Source: Candidatus Omnitrophota bacterium (GTDB lineage: Bacteria > Omnitrophota > Gorgyraeia > Zapsychrales > Aceulaceae). From it: DNA of 64,000 nt. Below the pieces are notes generated by a model that ran no database searches, was not told the origin of the DNA, and saw only the letters and a program-made list of their open reading frames with translations. The stretch lies in NCBI GenBank assembly GCA_029564765.1, contig JAKQPK010000004.1, forward strand, positions 27,716 through 91,715, read 5' to 3'. The position numbers were made by a program, and so were the translations under genes. This document shows positions 50,469 through 60,019 of the stretch, piece after piece (the first letter of the stretch is position 1; each line of letters opens with the position of its first letter).

Positions 50469-50486
50469 CCATGAAAGGATAATGAA

Positions 50487-51299
50487 ATGAAAACTCTTAA
50501 TAAAATTCTGCTTACCGGGCTTGCGGTCTTGAGTATCGCAATGCCTGCTTTTGCAGAAAAGATCGTTGTTACGGGCTCAACAACAGTTTTACCGCTTTCA
50601 CAAAAAGCCGCGGAAGTTTTTATGCAAAACAATCCTAATGCGGATATTTCTATACGCGGCGGGGGTTCCGGTGTTGGGATAGCTTCCATCATTGATGGTA
50701 GTTGTGATATTGCTAATTCATCACGACCGATCAGAGATGTTGAGCTTCAAAAAGGTGCTTCCAACGGCCGCGACATCAAGGCACACATTGTTGCTATGGA
50801 TGGGATCGCGATCGTTGTCCACCCTTCGAACGGGATCAGCGCTTTGACCAAATCCCAAGTAAGAGATATTTATACCGGGAAAATTTCCAATTGGTCTCAA
50901 GTTGGAGGAAAAAACGAAAAGATCGTCGCCATCTCTCGTGATACCTCCAGCGGAACCTTTGAAGCGTTCATGGAGCTTGTTTTGGATAAGCAAAAGGTGC
51001 GTCCTGATGCCATTATGCAAGCATCAAATCAGGCGATCGCAACAACTGTCGCACGTACGCCAAATGCGATCGGCTACGTTGGACTTGGCTTTCTTTCCGG
51101 TGATATTAAAGCGGTTACAATCGACGGTGTAATGCCTTCCAAGGAAACGGTTTTACTTGGGAAATATAAGGTTGGACGTCCGCTGTTCATGTATACCAAC
51201 GGCGCTCCTAAAGGCCTCGCTAAAGATTATCTTGACTTCATCAAAAGTGCTCAAGGACAAAGCATTGCTGATGAGTTAGGGTATGTTGGATTAAAATAA
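50487..51299 (+). CDS. pstS: phosphate ABC transporter substrate-binding protein, second copy
   Basis: TGSTTVLPLSQKAAEVF...GGGSGVGIASIIDGSCDIANSSR. Confidence 0.85.
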   Translation: MKTLNKILLTGLAVLSIAMPAFAEKIVVTGSTTVLPLSQKAAEVFMQNNPNADISIRGGGSGVGIASIIDGSCDIANSSRPIRDVELQKGASNGRDIKAHIVAMDGIAIVVHPSNGISALTKSQVRDIYTGKISNWSQVGGKNEKIVAISRDTSSGTFEAFMELVLDKQKVRPDAIMQASNQAIATTVARTPNAIGYVGLGFLSGDIKAVTIDGVMPSKETVLLGKYKVGRPLFMYTNGAPKGLAKDYLDFIKSAQGQSIADELGYVGLK

Positions 51300-51314
51300 G
51301 AAAACAAGCCACCA

Positions 51315-51355
51315 GACAAAGGAGCTTTGGTTTTCTAAAACAAAGCTCCTTTGTC
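51315..51355 (+). other. perfect 15-bp stem-loop between pstS2 and pstC2
   Basis: GACAAAGGAGCTTTG-gttttctaaaa-CAAAGCTCCTTTGTC read directly, followed by TCTTAAAATTTT. Confidence 0.65.
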
Positions 51356-51381
51356 TCTTAAAATTTTGTATAATAAGTATT

Positions 51382-52272
51382 ATGTCATTATTTCGTCTTA
51401 AAGAAAAGATCATACAAGGCGTTTTTACTGTTTTGGCATTCTCATCATTGCTTTTTCTTGTTGGGATCATCTTTGTCCTCTTTAAAGAAGGCCTTCCAAT
51501 CTTTAAGGATGTTAAAATATCAGATTTCTTATTTGGCCGTTTTTGGTATCCTACATACGAACCTCCAGAGTTCGGCGTCTTGCCATTGATCGTTGGATCA
51601 TTCTATGTTTCCTTAGGGGCAATGTTCGTGTGTGTTCCTCTGGGTATCGGAAGCGCTCTTTATATCAATGAGATGGCAAGCTACAAGCAAAAAGCTATCT
51701 TGAAGCCTCTCATTGAGATCCTGGCAAGCGTTCCATCTATTATCTATGGCTTCTTTGCTATGGCTATCCTCGCGCCATTCTTGCAGAAAACGTTCAACAT
51801 CCCTATCGGTCTTTGCACCCTGAACGCAAGTATTATTTTAGGGGTAATGGCAACGCCGACGGTTTGTAGCCTTGCTGAAGATGCCCTCAGCTATGTCCCG
51901 CGCTCCTTTCGCGAAGCTTCTTTTGCCGTAGGCGCGACCCGCTGGCAAACATTGATCAAGGTTGTTATTCCAGCCGCAGGATCAGGGATATCGACTGCTG
52001 TGATCCTTGGTATGAGCCGCGCGATCGGAGAAACCATGACCGTCTTGATGGCCGCTGGAGGAGCGGCGATCATTCCCACATCTATTTTTGATCCTGTCCG
52101 CCCAATGACCGCCGCCATTGCCGCGGAAATGGGAGAAGCTCCTGTAGGGGGAGACCATTATCATGCGCTTTTTGCCATTGCATTGGCTTTATTTTTAATA
52201 ACATTCTTTTTTAATATTCTTGCGGAGATCATTAGCCGGCGTTTTCGCATCAAATTGGGATTATCCGGATGA
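51382..52272 (+). CDS. pstC: phosphate ABC transporter permease PstC, second copy
   Basis: Paralogous to 36310-37179. Confidence 0.85.
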   Translation: MSLFRLKEKIIQGVFTVLAFSSLLFLVGIIFVLFKEGLPIFKDVKISDFLFGRFWYPTYEPPEFGVLPLIVGSFYVSLGAMFVCVPLGIGSALYINEMASYKQKAILKPLIEILASVPSIIYGFFAMAILAPFLQKTFNIPIGLCTLNASIILGVMATPTVCSLAEDALSYVPRSFREASFAVGATRWQTLIKVVIPAAGSGISTAVILGMSRAIGETMTVLMAAGGAAIIPTSIFDPVRPMTAAIAAEMGEAPVGGDHYHALFAIALALFLITFFFNILAEIISRRFRIKLGLSG

Positions 52273-53120
52273 ACCAAAACACTATTCAAAAGATTGGCTT
52301 TGGATTCCTATCGTTTTCTGTTATCGCAACGATCTCATTCTTGTTCATTATTATTTTCTTTATCGCAGCCCGTGGTATCCGTGTTATTTCCTGGGAGTTC
52401 TTAACAGCCGGCCCTCGCGATGGTATGACAGCAGGCGGAGTCGCGCCAGCCATCGTTGGAACTTTTTATTTAACCCTGGGAGCGATTATTTTCGCTCTGC
52501 CCTTAGGCATCGCATGTGCGATCTATCTTTGTGAATATTCGCCTAAGGGGGCCGTTGTCAACATTATCCGCTTAAGTATTAACAATTTAGCCGGCGTCCC
52601 TTCTGTTGTCTTCGGGCTTTTTGGCTTAGCAGTGTTCGTAAAATTCTTCAACTTTGGCGCCTCTATTCTTTCGGGAAGTTTAAGCCTTGGTATTTTGGTC
52701 TTACCGCTCATTATTTCAGCAACTCAGGAAGCATTGCTGGCGATCCCGCATTCAATACGTGAAGCCTCCATGGCCTTAGGTGCGACAAAATGGCAAACCA
52801 TTAAAAAGATTGTTTTGCCTGCAGCCGTTCCAGGAATCTTAACAGGAACGATCCTTAGTATCGGCCGTGTCGCAGGAGAGACCGCTCCTATTTTATTTAC
52901 TGCGGCAGCATTTTATTTAAAAGGATACCCGAAATCCGTTTTTTCAGAGGTCATGGCCCTTCCTTACCACATCTACGCTCTGATGACAGAAGGCGTTTAT
53001 CCTGAAAAACAAACAGCGATCGCCTATGGCTGCAGTTTTATCTTGCTGGTCTTGGTTCTTTTGGTTTCCGGCCTGGCGATCTTTATCCGTCAACGACAGA
53101 GGAGTTATTATCATGGATAA
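52269..53120 (+). CDS. pstA: phosphate ABC transporter permease PstA, second copy
   Basis: Paralogous to 37176-38021. Confidence 0.85.
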   Translation: MNQNTIQKIGFGFLSFSVIATISFLFIIIFFIAARGIRVISWEFLTAGPRDGMTAGGVAPAIVGTFYLTLGAIIFALPLGIACAIYLCEYSPKGAVVNIIRLSINNLAGVPSVVFGLFGLAVFVKFFNFGASILSGSLSLGILVLPLIISATQEALLAIPHSIREASMALGATKWQTIKKIVLPAAVPGILTGTILSIGRVAGETAPILFTAAAFYLKGYPKSVFSEVMALPYHIYALMTEGVYPEKQTAIAYGCSFILLVLVLLVSGLAIFIRQRQRSYYHG

Positions 53121-53877
53121 TCTACCGATCAAAATGCGCGCGCATGGCGTCGACTTTTTTTACGGCCAACACCACGCCCTAAAGAACATCAATCTCGATA
53201 TCGCCAAAAACCATGTCACGGCGATCATCGGGCCATCGGGATGTGGAAAATCAACCTTTATCCGCCTTTTAAACCGTATGAATGAAATGGTGCCCAACAC
53301 GACCTTAACGGGCAAGATCTATCTTGATTGCCTGGATATTTTAAGCCCGTGCATCGATCCGGCGGAAGTCCGACGTCGCGTCGGCATGGTCTTTCAAAAA
53401 CCAAATCCGTTTCCAAAAAATATCTTTGAAAATATCAGCTACGGTCTTGAAGTCAACGGGATCAAGAACAAACAGCTTATTGAAGATCGTGTCGTCGAGT
53501 CGTTAAAAAAATCTGCTATTTGGGATGAGGTCAAGGATAGACTGCATGATAGCGCGCTAAGGCTTTCCGGGGGTCAGCAGCAGCGTCTTTGCATCGCGCG
53601 TTGTCTGGCGATCCAGCCGGAAGTCCTCTTGTTCGATGAGCCGTGCGCCAGCTTGGATCCGATCTCAACACGCAAGATCGAAGAACTCATTTTAGAGCTA
53701 AAAAAAGACTACACGATTGCCATTGTCACGCACAACATGCAACAGGCCGCGCGTATTTCAGATTATACGGGATTTTTTCTTTTGGGGGACCTGATCGAAT
53801 TTGATAAAACAGAAAAGATCTTTAAAGCGCCGCATGACTCTCGAACGGAAGACTATATTACGGGAAGGTTCGGATAA
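53113..53877 (+). CDS. pstB: phosphate ABC transporter ATPase PstB, fully canonical
   Basis: [45 protein letters not shown] and [13 protein letters not shown] are all consensus. Start moved to MDNLPIK after GAGGAG. Confidence 0.85.
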   Translation: MDNLPIKMRAHGVDFFYGQHHALKNINLDIAKNHVTAIIGPSGCGKSTFIRLLNRMNEMVPNTTLTGKIYLDCLDILSPCIDPAEVRRRVGMVFQKPNPFPKNIFENISYGLEVNGIKNKQLIEDRVVESLKKSAIWDEVKDRLHDSALRLSGGQQQRLCIARCLAIQPEVLLFDEPCASLDPISTRKIEELILELKKDYTIAIVTHNMQQAARISDYTGFFLLGDLIEFDKTEKIFKAPHDSRTEDYITGRFG

Positions 53878-53878
53878 A

Positions 53879-54268
53879 ATGAAAAATATTCTTTTTGTCT
53901 GCATTGAGAATTCTTGCCGAAGTCAGATCGCCGAAGGTTTTGCAAAAATGATGGCAGGGGACTTATTTAACGTCTATAGCGCTGGCTCGCGGCCATCGGG
54001 AGTTGTCAATCCAACTGCCATAAATGTTATGCAAGAGATTGGTATTGATATTTCTAAGAATGACTCTAAAGGCTTTGATGATCTTCCTGTTAAAAAATTT
54101 GACCGTGTCATAACGCTTGGATGCGGTGATCAATGTCCTTTTGTCCCAGCAGACGTCCATATAGATTGGAAAATACCTGACCCTAAAGGGCACGACCTGG
54201 AATTCTTTCGCTCTGTGCGTGATCTGATCAAGCAACACGTCCAACAGCTGATCCAAGAATTAACATAG
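53879..54268 (+). CDS. arsC: thioredoxin-coupled arsenate reductase / LMW-PTP family protein
   Basis: MKNILFVCIENSCRSQIAEG (CX5R P-loop) and downstream GCGDQCPF cysteine pair as in Bacillus-type ArsC. Confidence 0.7.
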   Translation: MKNILFVCIENSCRSQIAEGFAKMMAGDLFNVYSAGSRPSGVVNPTAINVMQEIGIDISKNDSKGFDDLPVKKFDRVITLGCGDQCPFVPADVHIDWKIPDPKGHDLEFFRSVRDLIKQHVQQLIQELT

Positions 54269-54276
54269 GAGAAAAA

Positions 54277-54942
54277 ATGCAACGACATTTTGATGAAGAA
54301 TTACGTAAACTCAAAGACGGGATCCTCATAATGGCCACGTCTGTTGATCAAGCCATCTTGGAATCGGTTGAGGCGCTAAAAACACTGGATGCGTCCAAGG
54401 CAAAAGACGTGATCACTTGTGATCAAAAGATCGACGAGATGGAAAACACTTTGCAAGAGCATTGCCTGAATTTACTTGCCTGTCAGCAACCTATGGCCAT
54501 TGATCTGCGATTCTTAACCATGGCCATGAGCATCACAACAGACCTTGAGCGCATGGCAGACCTCGCAGTCGATATCGCACAGCGTGTTTGCGAGCTTGCG
54601 GATAAACCACTCTTAAAACCTCTGATCGATATTCCTCAATTAACTGTGATCGCCCAACAAATGATCAAGAAAGCGATCAACGCTTTCTTGAACAATGACG
54701 CGGACCTCGCGCGCAAAGTGATCTTGATGGATAACGAAGCGGATCGCTTGCGCAATCTCATCCAAAAAGAGCTCATCTGTGACTATATGGCGAAAGATCC
54801 AACGACAGCAACCCGCGCTGTTCCGCTGCTGTTGATCGCAAGGCATCTGGAGCGGATCTGCGACCATGCCACAAACATCGCCGAAGATATCATTTATATG
54901 ATAGACGCGAAAGTGGTCAAACATCACCCTGAAAATCTTTAA
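54277..54942 (+). CDS. phoU: PhoU, second copy
   Basis: Paralogous to 39517-40200 and shares the MQRHFDE N-terminus. Confidence 0.9.
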   Translation: MQRHFDEELRKLKDGILIMATSVDQAILESVEALKTLDASKAKDVITCDQKIDEMENTLQEHCLNLLACQQPMAIDLRFLTMAMSITTDLERMADLAVDIAQRVCELADKPLLKPLIDIPQLTVIAQQMIKKAINAFLNNDADLARKVILMDNEADRLRNLIQKELICDYMAKDPTTATRAVPLLLIARHLERICDHATNIAEDIIYMIDAKVVKHHPENL

Positions 54943-54996
54943 AAAGATTTTTATTTAATTATTTGTAAAATACCCAGCAAGTTCTATAATGACACT

Positions 54997-55019
54997 AAAG
55001 CGCCCTATAAAGGCGCTTT
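54997..55019 (+). terminator. 8-bp hairpin AAAGCGCC/GGCGCTTT after the pst2-phoU2 operon
   Basis: Read directly. Weak T-tract. Preceded by a TTGTAA-16-TATAAT promoter-like element, so it may be a 5' stem of the next transcript instead. Confidence 0.35.
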
Positions 55020-55061
55020 AGGCATTTTAACAGAACTTTTACAAATATTAATGGAGGATGT

Positions 55062-55526
55062 ATGCGTACGTTTTACTTGGCGATCGTTTTAGGGGTTTGC
55101 GTGGTAGGCTGTAGTTCAAAAAGCAATGAAACAGCGATGCTGCCAACTGATCTGACAGCCGCCAACAAGGAGATCACGATCTCATTGACCGATCCATCGA
55201 TGCCGCCGACAACCGAAATGACGACCACAACAGCAACCGCGACGCTCCCTTCTGTATCACAAATCATGCCAGACACACAAACATCCACAACAGCCTTAGA
55301 GACCCCAACGACAAAGCAGATCCAGCAGGCACTTCAAAACGCTGGCCTATATCAAGGGAAGATCGATGGCGTGATCGGAAGTAAAACAAAAGCCGCTATC
55401 AAAGCGTTCCAGGAGGGAAATGGCCTGACCGCGGACGGCAAGGTCGGCAAGAAAACATGGGCGAAATTAGCACCTTTCTTAAATAATCCCGCTGCGGCAC
55501 CGAGCGCGGTTTTGCCGTCACGTTAA
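55062..55526 (+). CDS. lipoprotein with Thr-rich linker and peptidoglycan-binding (PG_binding_1) domain
   Basis: LGVCVVGCSS lipobox, TTEMTTTTATAT linker, and QQALQNAGLYQGKIDGVIGSKTKAAIKAFQEGNGLTADGKVG. Confidence 0.7.
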   Translation: MRTFYLAIVLGVCVVGCSSKSNETAMLPTDLTAANKEITISLTDPSMPPTTEMTTTTATATLPSVSQIMPDTQTSTTALETPTTKQIQQALQNAGLYQGKIDGVIGSKTKAAIKAFQEGNGLTADGKVGKKTWAKLAPFLNNPAAAPSAVLPSR

Positions 55527-55553
55527 TGAGCGGACAGCTAACGCGTACTTTCA

Positions 55554-55587
55554 AAGCGCCAGAAAAAGTTTCTGGCGCTTTTTCTTT
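55554..55587 (+). terminator. intrinsic terminator, 10-bp stem AAGCGCCAGA/TCTGGCGCTT plus T-tract
   Basis: Read directly after the PG-binding lipoprotein gene. Confidence 0.65.
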
Positions 55588-55611
55588 GCGGCCAACAGGT
55601 CTTTTGATCGC

Positions 55612-56874
55612 ATGAACACAACAGCCTCTACCTACGATATCGCTATCATCGGTGCCGGAGCAGCTGGATGTATGGCAGCCATCCGCGCAAGTGATGGATG
55701 CCGCCGTGTGATTCTGATCGACAAGAATCAAGCGATCGGATGTAAATTGCTTTTGACCGGTCATCATCGCTGCAATCTGACCAATACAGCTTCAATCGAC
55801 AATATGGTCGCGGCATTCGAGCACGCGGGACGCTTCTTAAAGCCGTCCTTGCTCACGTTCTCCAATCAGCACCTTCAAGATTTTTTTGCGCGTTATGGCC
55901 TTGCGCTGAAAGTTGAGGACAACGGCCGGGTCTTTCCCGCAACGGATCGATCACGATCGGTCATCGCGGTCCTTGAAGAACTTCTGAAGAAAAATTCTGT
56001 TACCACATGCTTTAATACCTGTGTTCTTGATATCGAAAAAAATGACGATCTTTTCTGCCTGCGCACGCAGGATCCTGTTTCGATACGCGCGAAAAAGCTC
56101 ATCATCGCCACAGGCGGATGCTCTTATCCGAAAACCGGCTCGACAGGTGACGGTGCGCGCTTCGCGAAAATATTTGGCCACAAAACCCTTACTGTTTTTC
56201 CAGCCCTGACCCCGCTCAAGACAGAGGACGCTTGGGCAAAGTCGCTGCAAGGGATCTCCATAAAAAATGTTACCGTCGCCTTGATCGACCGAACAAAAAA
56301 GGTCATTTGCGGGCCAGGGGAAATGCTGTTCACTCATTTTGGTGTCTCTGGTCCTCTGATCCTGGACATAAGTCGATCGGTCTTAAAAGCCCTGGCTCAA
56401 AAGCCGACAGCAACGCTTTTCTTGAATTTCCTTCCTTCAACTAAGCCTCAGGACCTCGAAAAAGAGATCCTCAAAGCATGCTCTCGGCCAATGGCTTCAA
56501 CTGTCGGTGACTTTCTGCGCGACTACCTGCCCAAGAACGTGGCGAAAACCTTGCTAACGCTTATAACGCTCCCAGCTGAAAAACGATTGAACCAGATCAC
56601 GAAGAATGAGCGAAAAGCCCTTATGATGATCTTGCAAAAACAGCCTCTGACGATCAATGGATGCCTGTCTTGGGAAAGCGCGATGGCCACCGAAGGAGGC
56701 GTCGCCATGGAAGACATCAACCCGAAAACAATGGGATCACGCCTTGTGCCAGGCCTTTATTTTGCCGGCGAAACCATCGAGGGCCGCGGCCCCAGTGGCG
56801 GATACAACCTGCAGCAAGCCTTCTCCACCGGATATTTAGCAGGGGAATCGGCGAAAAAAAGCCTTCAAGAATAG
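55612..56874 (+). CDS. HI0933-like NAD(FAD)-utilizing dehydrogenase family flavoprotein
   Basis: YDIAIIGAGAAGCMAAIRA and GHHRCNLTN typical of the HI0933/YhiN family. Confidence 0.8.
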   Translation: MNTTASTYDIAIIGAGAAGCMAAIRASDGCRRVILIDKNQAIGCKLLLTGHHRCNLTNTASIDNMVAAFEHAGRFLKPSLLTFSNQHLQDFFARYGLALKVEDNGRVFPATDRSRSVIAVLEELLKKNSVTTCFNTCVLDIEKNDDLFCLRTQDPVSIRAKKLIIATGGCSYPKTGSTGDGARFAKIFGHKTLTVFPALTPLKTEDAWAKSLQGISIKNVTVALIDRTKKVICGPGEMLFTHFGVSGPLILDISRSVLKALAQKPTATLFLNFLPSTKPQDLEKEILKACSRPMASTVGDFLRDYLPKNVAKTLLTLITLPAEKRLNQITKNERKALMMILQKQPLTINGCLSWESAMATEGGVAMEDINPKTMGSRLVPGLYFAGETIEGRGPSGGYNLQQAFSTGYLAGESAKKSLQE

Positions 56875-56884
56875 CAAAAGGTTT

Positions 56885-56912
56885 TTGCTAATTTTTAAAA
56901 ATCTCGTATAAT
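56885..56912 (+). promoter_or_regulatory. promoter-like TTGCTA-16-TATAAT upstream of ppk2
   Basis: Hexamers read directly, 17 nt before the ATG. Confidence 0.4.
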
Positions 56913-56928
56913 AAAAATACTTTTATTT

Positions 56929-57804
56929 ATGATATCTAAAATAAAAAACTTCATTCAACCTTACAAGATCACCAGCGGAAAAAATTTCCGCCTCAAGGAT
57001 TTTGATCCAGCGGATACAGCGCACCTGCGTTCAAAGGAACAAGCCGAAGAACTCCTTTCTCAAGGCATCAAGCGCGTGCGTGCGCTGCAAGAAAAGCTCT
57101 ACGCCCAGGACCAATGGTCACTGCTGTTGATCTTTCAGGCCATGGATGCCGCGGGCAAAGACGGAGCGATCAAACACGTGATGTCCGGCGTCAACCCTCA
57201 GGGCTGCCAGGTGTTTTCCTTCAAAGAACCGTCCCGCGAAGAACTTGACCACGATTTCTTATGGCGGACAACCTGTCGATTACCCGAGCGCGGCCGTATT
57301 GGCATCTTTAACCGCTCTTACTATGAAGAAGTCCTCACTGTTTGCGTTCATCCCAAGATCTTGCAGAACCAAAAGCTTCCAAAAAAACTTATCACAAAAG
57401 ACATCTTTGGCCAACGCTATGAAAGTATCCGCGATCTTGAAAAACATCTTGCGCGCAATGGCACATCCGTTCACAAATTTTTCCTTAATATTTCCAAGCA
57501 GGAGCAGCACAAACGGCTTTTACGCCGCCTGGATGACCCCTGCCGCAACTGGAAATTTTCCATGGCAGACCTTCGCGAGCGTGAATACTGGGATGCGTAC
57601 ATGAAAGCGTATGAAGAGACGATCAGGAAAACAGCAACAAAGAACGCGCCCTGGTATGTTGTGCCAGCGAATAACAAGTGGTTCTCGCGCCTTGTCATCG
57701 CCGCGGCTGTCATTGACGCGTTAGAGAGCTTGGACCTGGCATTCCCGCAGCTGAACGCGCGGCAGAAGAAAGAACTTTTAAGCGCAAAACGGTCATTAGC
57801 CTAA
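56929..57804 (+). CDS. ppk2: polyphosphate kinase 2 (polyphosphate:nucleotide phosphotransferase)
   Basis: DAAGKDG Walker A-like P-loop, CRLPERGRIGIFNRSYYEEVL and PPK2 lid region. Confidence 0.85.
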   Translation: MISKIKNFIQPYKITSGKNFRLKDFDPADTAHLRSKEQAEELLSQGIKRVRALQEKLYAQDQWSLLLIFQAMDAAGKDGAIKHVMSGVNPQGCQVFSFKEPSREELDHDFLWRTTCRLPERGRIGIFNRSYYEEVLTVCVHPKILQNQKLPKKLITKDIFGQRYESIRDLEKHLARNGTSVHKFFLNISKQEQHKRLLRRLDDPCRNWKFSMADLREREYWDAYMKAYEETIRKTATKNAPWYVVPANNKWFSRLVIAAAVIDALESLDLAFPQLNARQKKELLSAKRSLA

Positions 57805-57823
57805 ACGGCCTAAAGGAGGCTTT

Positions 57824-58231
57824 ATGGAACAGATCAAGATCAAATACGATGGTGGATTACGCTGCAGCGCCACGAACGATCTCGGCGGATCGCTGATCAC
57901 GGATGCGCCTAAAAAGTTTGGAGGCAAGGCGGAATCGTTTTCACCGACCGGGGCATTGGTCGCGAGCCTTGGCGCCTGTATCTTAACGATGATGGATGTT
58001 GTCGCGCAAAAGCACGGCTTTTCCATCGCTTCAACAACGATCAACGCCCTTGAAGAAATGGCGGAAAAACCATCTTTGCGTATCGCGAAGATCATCCTGG
58101 CTTTTCACATGGCAAAAAATATCCCGGTCGAAAAACGCCCGCTGATCGAGAATGTCGTAAAGCTGTGCCCGGTCCATAACAGCCTTGATCCAAACATTGT
58201 TTATGATGTCACGTTCACGTATCCCGACTAA
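57824..58231 (+). CDS. OsmC/Ohr family peroxiredoxin-like protein
   Basis: Size and GALVASLGACILTMM / VKLCPVHNSL cysteine positions typical of OsmC. Confidence 0.65.
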   Translation: MEQIKIKYDGGLRCSATNDLGGSLITDAPKKFGGKAESFSPTGALVASLGACILTMMDVVAQKHGFSIASTTINALEEMAEKPSLRIAKIILAFHMAKNIPVEKRPLIENVVKLCPVHNSLDPNIVYDVTFTYPD

Positions 58232-58244
58232 AGAAAGACCGCTC

Positions 58245-58613
58245 ATGAAAAAATCCCTGCTTCTCTTGATCGTTCTGCTTATTTCTTTCGTAAGACTATC
58301 CTTGGCCCAAGACCAGGATTATTTTCAACCCCTAGGGAACCAAAGCTTTCAAGGAAAGATCACAGACGTTATTTACGACGATCGTATGGTCATTGTCCGC
58401 TACAACATGGACACCAGCGCAAGTCTTGACTCTGACGATTACGAGCAGGTCAACTGCTATGTCGCCAACGTGACCCAGCTAACCAAGGACGGAAAACCGA
58501 TCAGCTTTGACGATCTGCATGAGGGACAAAAAGTACATGTTGATATTATGGTCGATGAAGACGGCCACCGAGTAACAAACGTGATCAACGTTCTTTCAAA
58601 AGAAGACATGTGA
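58245..58613 (+). CDS. small secreted hypothetical protein
   Basis: MKKSLLLLIVLLISFVRLSLA signal peptide. Acidic mature part. Confidence 0.4.
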   Translation: MKKSLLLLIVLLISFVRLSLAQDQDYFQPLGNQSFQGKITDVIYDDRMVIVRYNMDTSASLDSDDYEQVNCYVANVTQLTKDGKPISFDDLHEGQKVHVDIMVDEDGHRVTNVINVLSKEDM

Positions 58614-59188
58614 TGAAAGCCCTGCTCGCTTCCTTTCTCTTTATCTTTCTAGCGGAAATGGGGGATAAGACCCAATTGCTGGCCATGTCGTTAGCGGCAA
58701 AACACAAGATCCGCGACGTCTTGATCGCGATCTTTACCGCGACCTTGGTCAATCAATCACTAGCGGTCTTTGCCGGGCACTTTTTGACAACAGTTTTGCC
58801 TCTGAAGCCCATCATGCTCATGGCCGCGATCTCTTTTATCGTCTTTGGCTTCTGGATGCTGCGCGATGAACCGGCTGACACCAAGGATAAAAACTTTTCA
58901 AAATTAGGCCCGATCATGACGATCGCGGCCACATTCTTTTTAGCGGAATTAGGGGACAAGACCCAGATCGCCACCATTAGCTTAGCGATCCGCTATCAGC
59001 ATCTCACGGCTGTCCTCGCGGGCACAACGCTTGCAATGCTCTCGGCGAACGCGGTTGGCATCGTGGCAGGTGTCATCATGCACAAACATCTTCCAGAAAA
59101 AACGATCAAGTGGTGTTCCGCGGCCCTTTTTATCCTTTTTGGGATCTATAGCGGATACCGTGTCCTTATCCAACAACCGGTCATGTGA
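58610..59188 (+). CDS. GDT1/TMEM165 (UPF0016) family cation transporter
   Basis: Two E-x-G-D-K-T motifs (EMGDKTQ, ELGDKTQ) in a 6-TM protein. Confidence 0.8.
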   Translation: MMKALLASFLFIFLAEMGDKTQLLAMSLAAKHKIRDVLIAIFTATLVNQSLAVFAGHFLTTVLPLKPIMLMAAISFIVFGFWMLRDEPADTKDKNFSKLGPIMTIAATFFLAELGDKTQIATISLAIRYQHLTAVLAGTTLAMLSANAVGIVAGVIMHKHLPEKTIKWCSAALFILFGIYSGYRVLIQQPVM

Positions 59189-59189
59189 A

Positions 59190-59969
59190 ATGAACATTCT
59201 TGACGCTGTATTTTTAGGGATCATCGAAGGGCTGACAGAATTCTTGCCAGTCTCATCGACCGGCCATTTAATGATCACGGCCCGCCTGCTCAAGGTCCCG
59301 ACAACAGAATTCTTAAAAAGTTTTGAGATCGCGATCCAATTAGGCGCCATCTCTTCGGTCATCGTCCTTTACTTTAGGTCACTCGTCTTAGATCATGAGA
59401 TCATCAAGCGTGTCTGTGTCGCGTTCTTGCCAACAGCCGTGATCGGCCTTGCCCTTTACAAAGTGATCAAGAATTATTTATTAGGGGATGTTCGCATCGT
59501 TCTGCTTTCTTTGTTCTTAGGAGGGATCTTCTTGATCGTCTTTGAAACCTTCCGACGTCCGCGGCCTGAGGCAGAAGAAAAAATAGAGGCGATCACGTAC
59601 CGTCAGGCTTTTTTGATCGGCATCGCGCAATCGCTGGCCGTGATCCCTGGCGTTTCCCGTTCCGCGGCGACCATTATCGCGGGGCTTATGTTAGGGCTCA
59701 AACGCACAACGATCGCTGAGTTCTCATTTTTGCTGGCGGTCCCAACGATGCTGGCGGCCACGGCACTTGATCTGCTGAAGACCGCGCATCAATTCACGCG
59801 TGAGGAGGCAGGCCTGTTGGCCGTCGGCCTTCTGGTATCATTTCTCGTCGCTTTGGCATCGATCAAATTCTTTTTATCGTTCATTAAGAAAAACAGCTTT
59901 ATCACTTTTGGCGTTTACAGGATCCTGATCGCTATAGCATTATTTATATTTTTCTCGTATAATCAATAA
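59190..59969 (+). CDS. uppP: undecaprenyl-diphosphatase
   Basis: MNILDAVFLGIIEGLTEFLPVSSTGHL N-terminal UppP/BacA signature and PGVSRS motif. Confidence 0.9.
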   Translation: MNILDAVFLGIIEGLTEFLPVSSTGHLMITARLLKVPTTEFLKSFEIAIQLGAISSVIVLYFRSLVLDHEIIKRVCVAFLPTAVIGLALYKVIKNYLLGDVRIVLLSLFLGGIFLIVFETFRRPRPEAEEKIEAITYRQAFLIGIAQSLAVIPGVSRSAATIIAGLMLGLKRTTIAEFSFLLAVPTMLAATALDLLKTAHQFTREEAGLLAVGLLVSFLVALASIKFFLSFIKKNSFITFGVYRILIAIALFIFFSYNQ

Positions 59970-60019
59970 AACCTTAGTGGCGCGATACGCGTGCCATCAA
60001 CTAACAACCCCGATACCGA

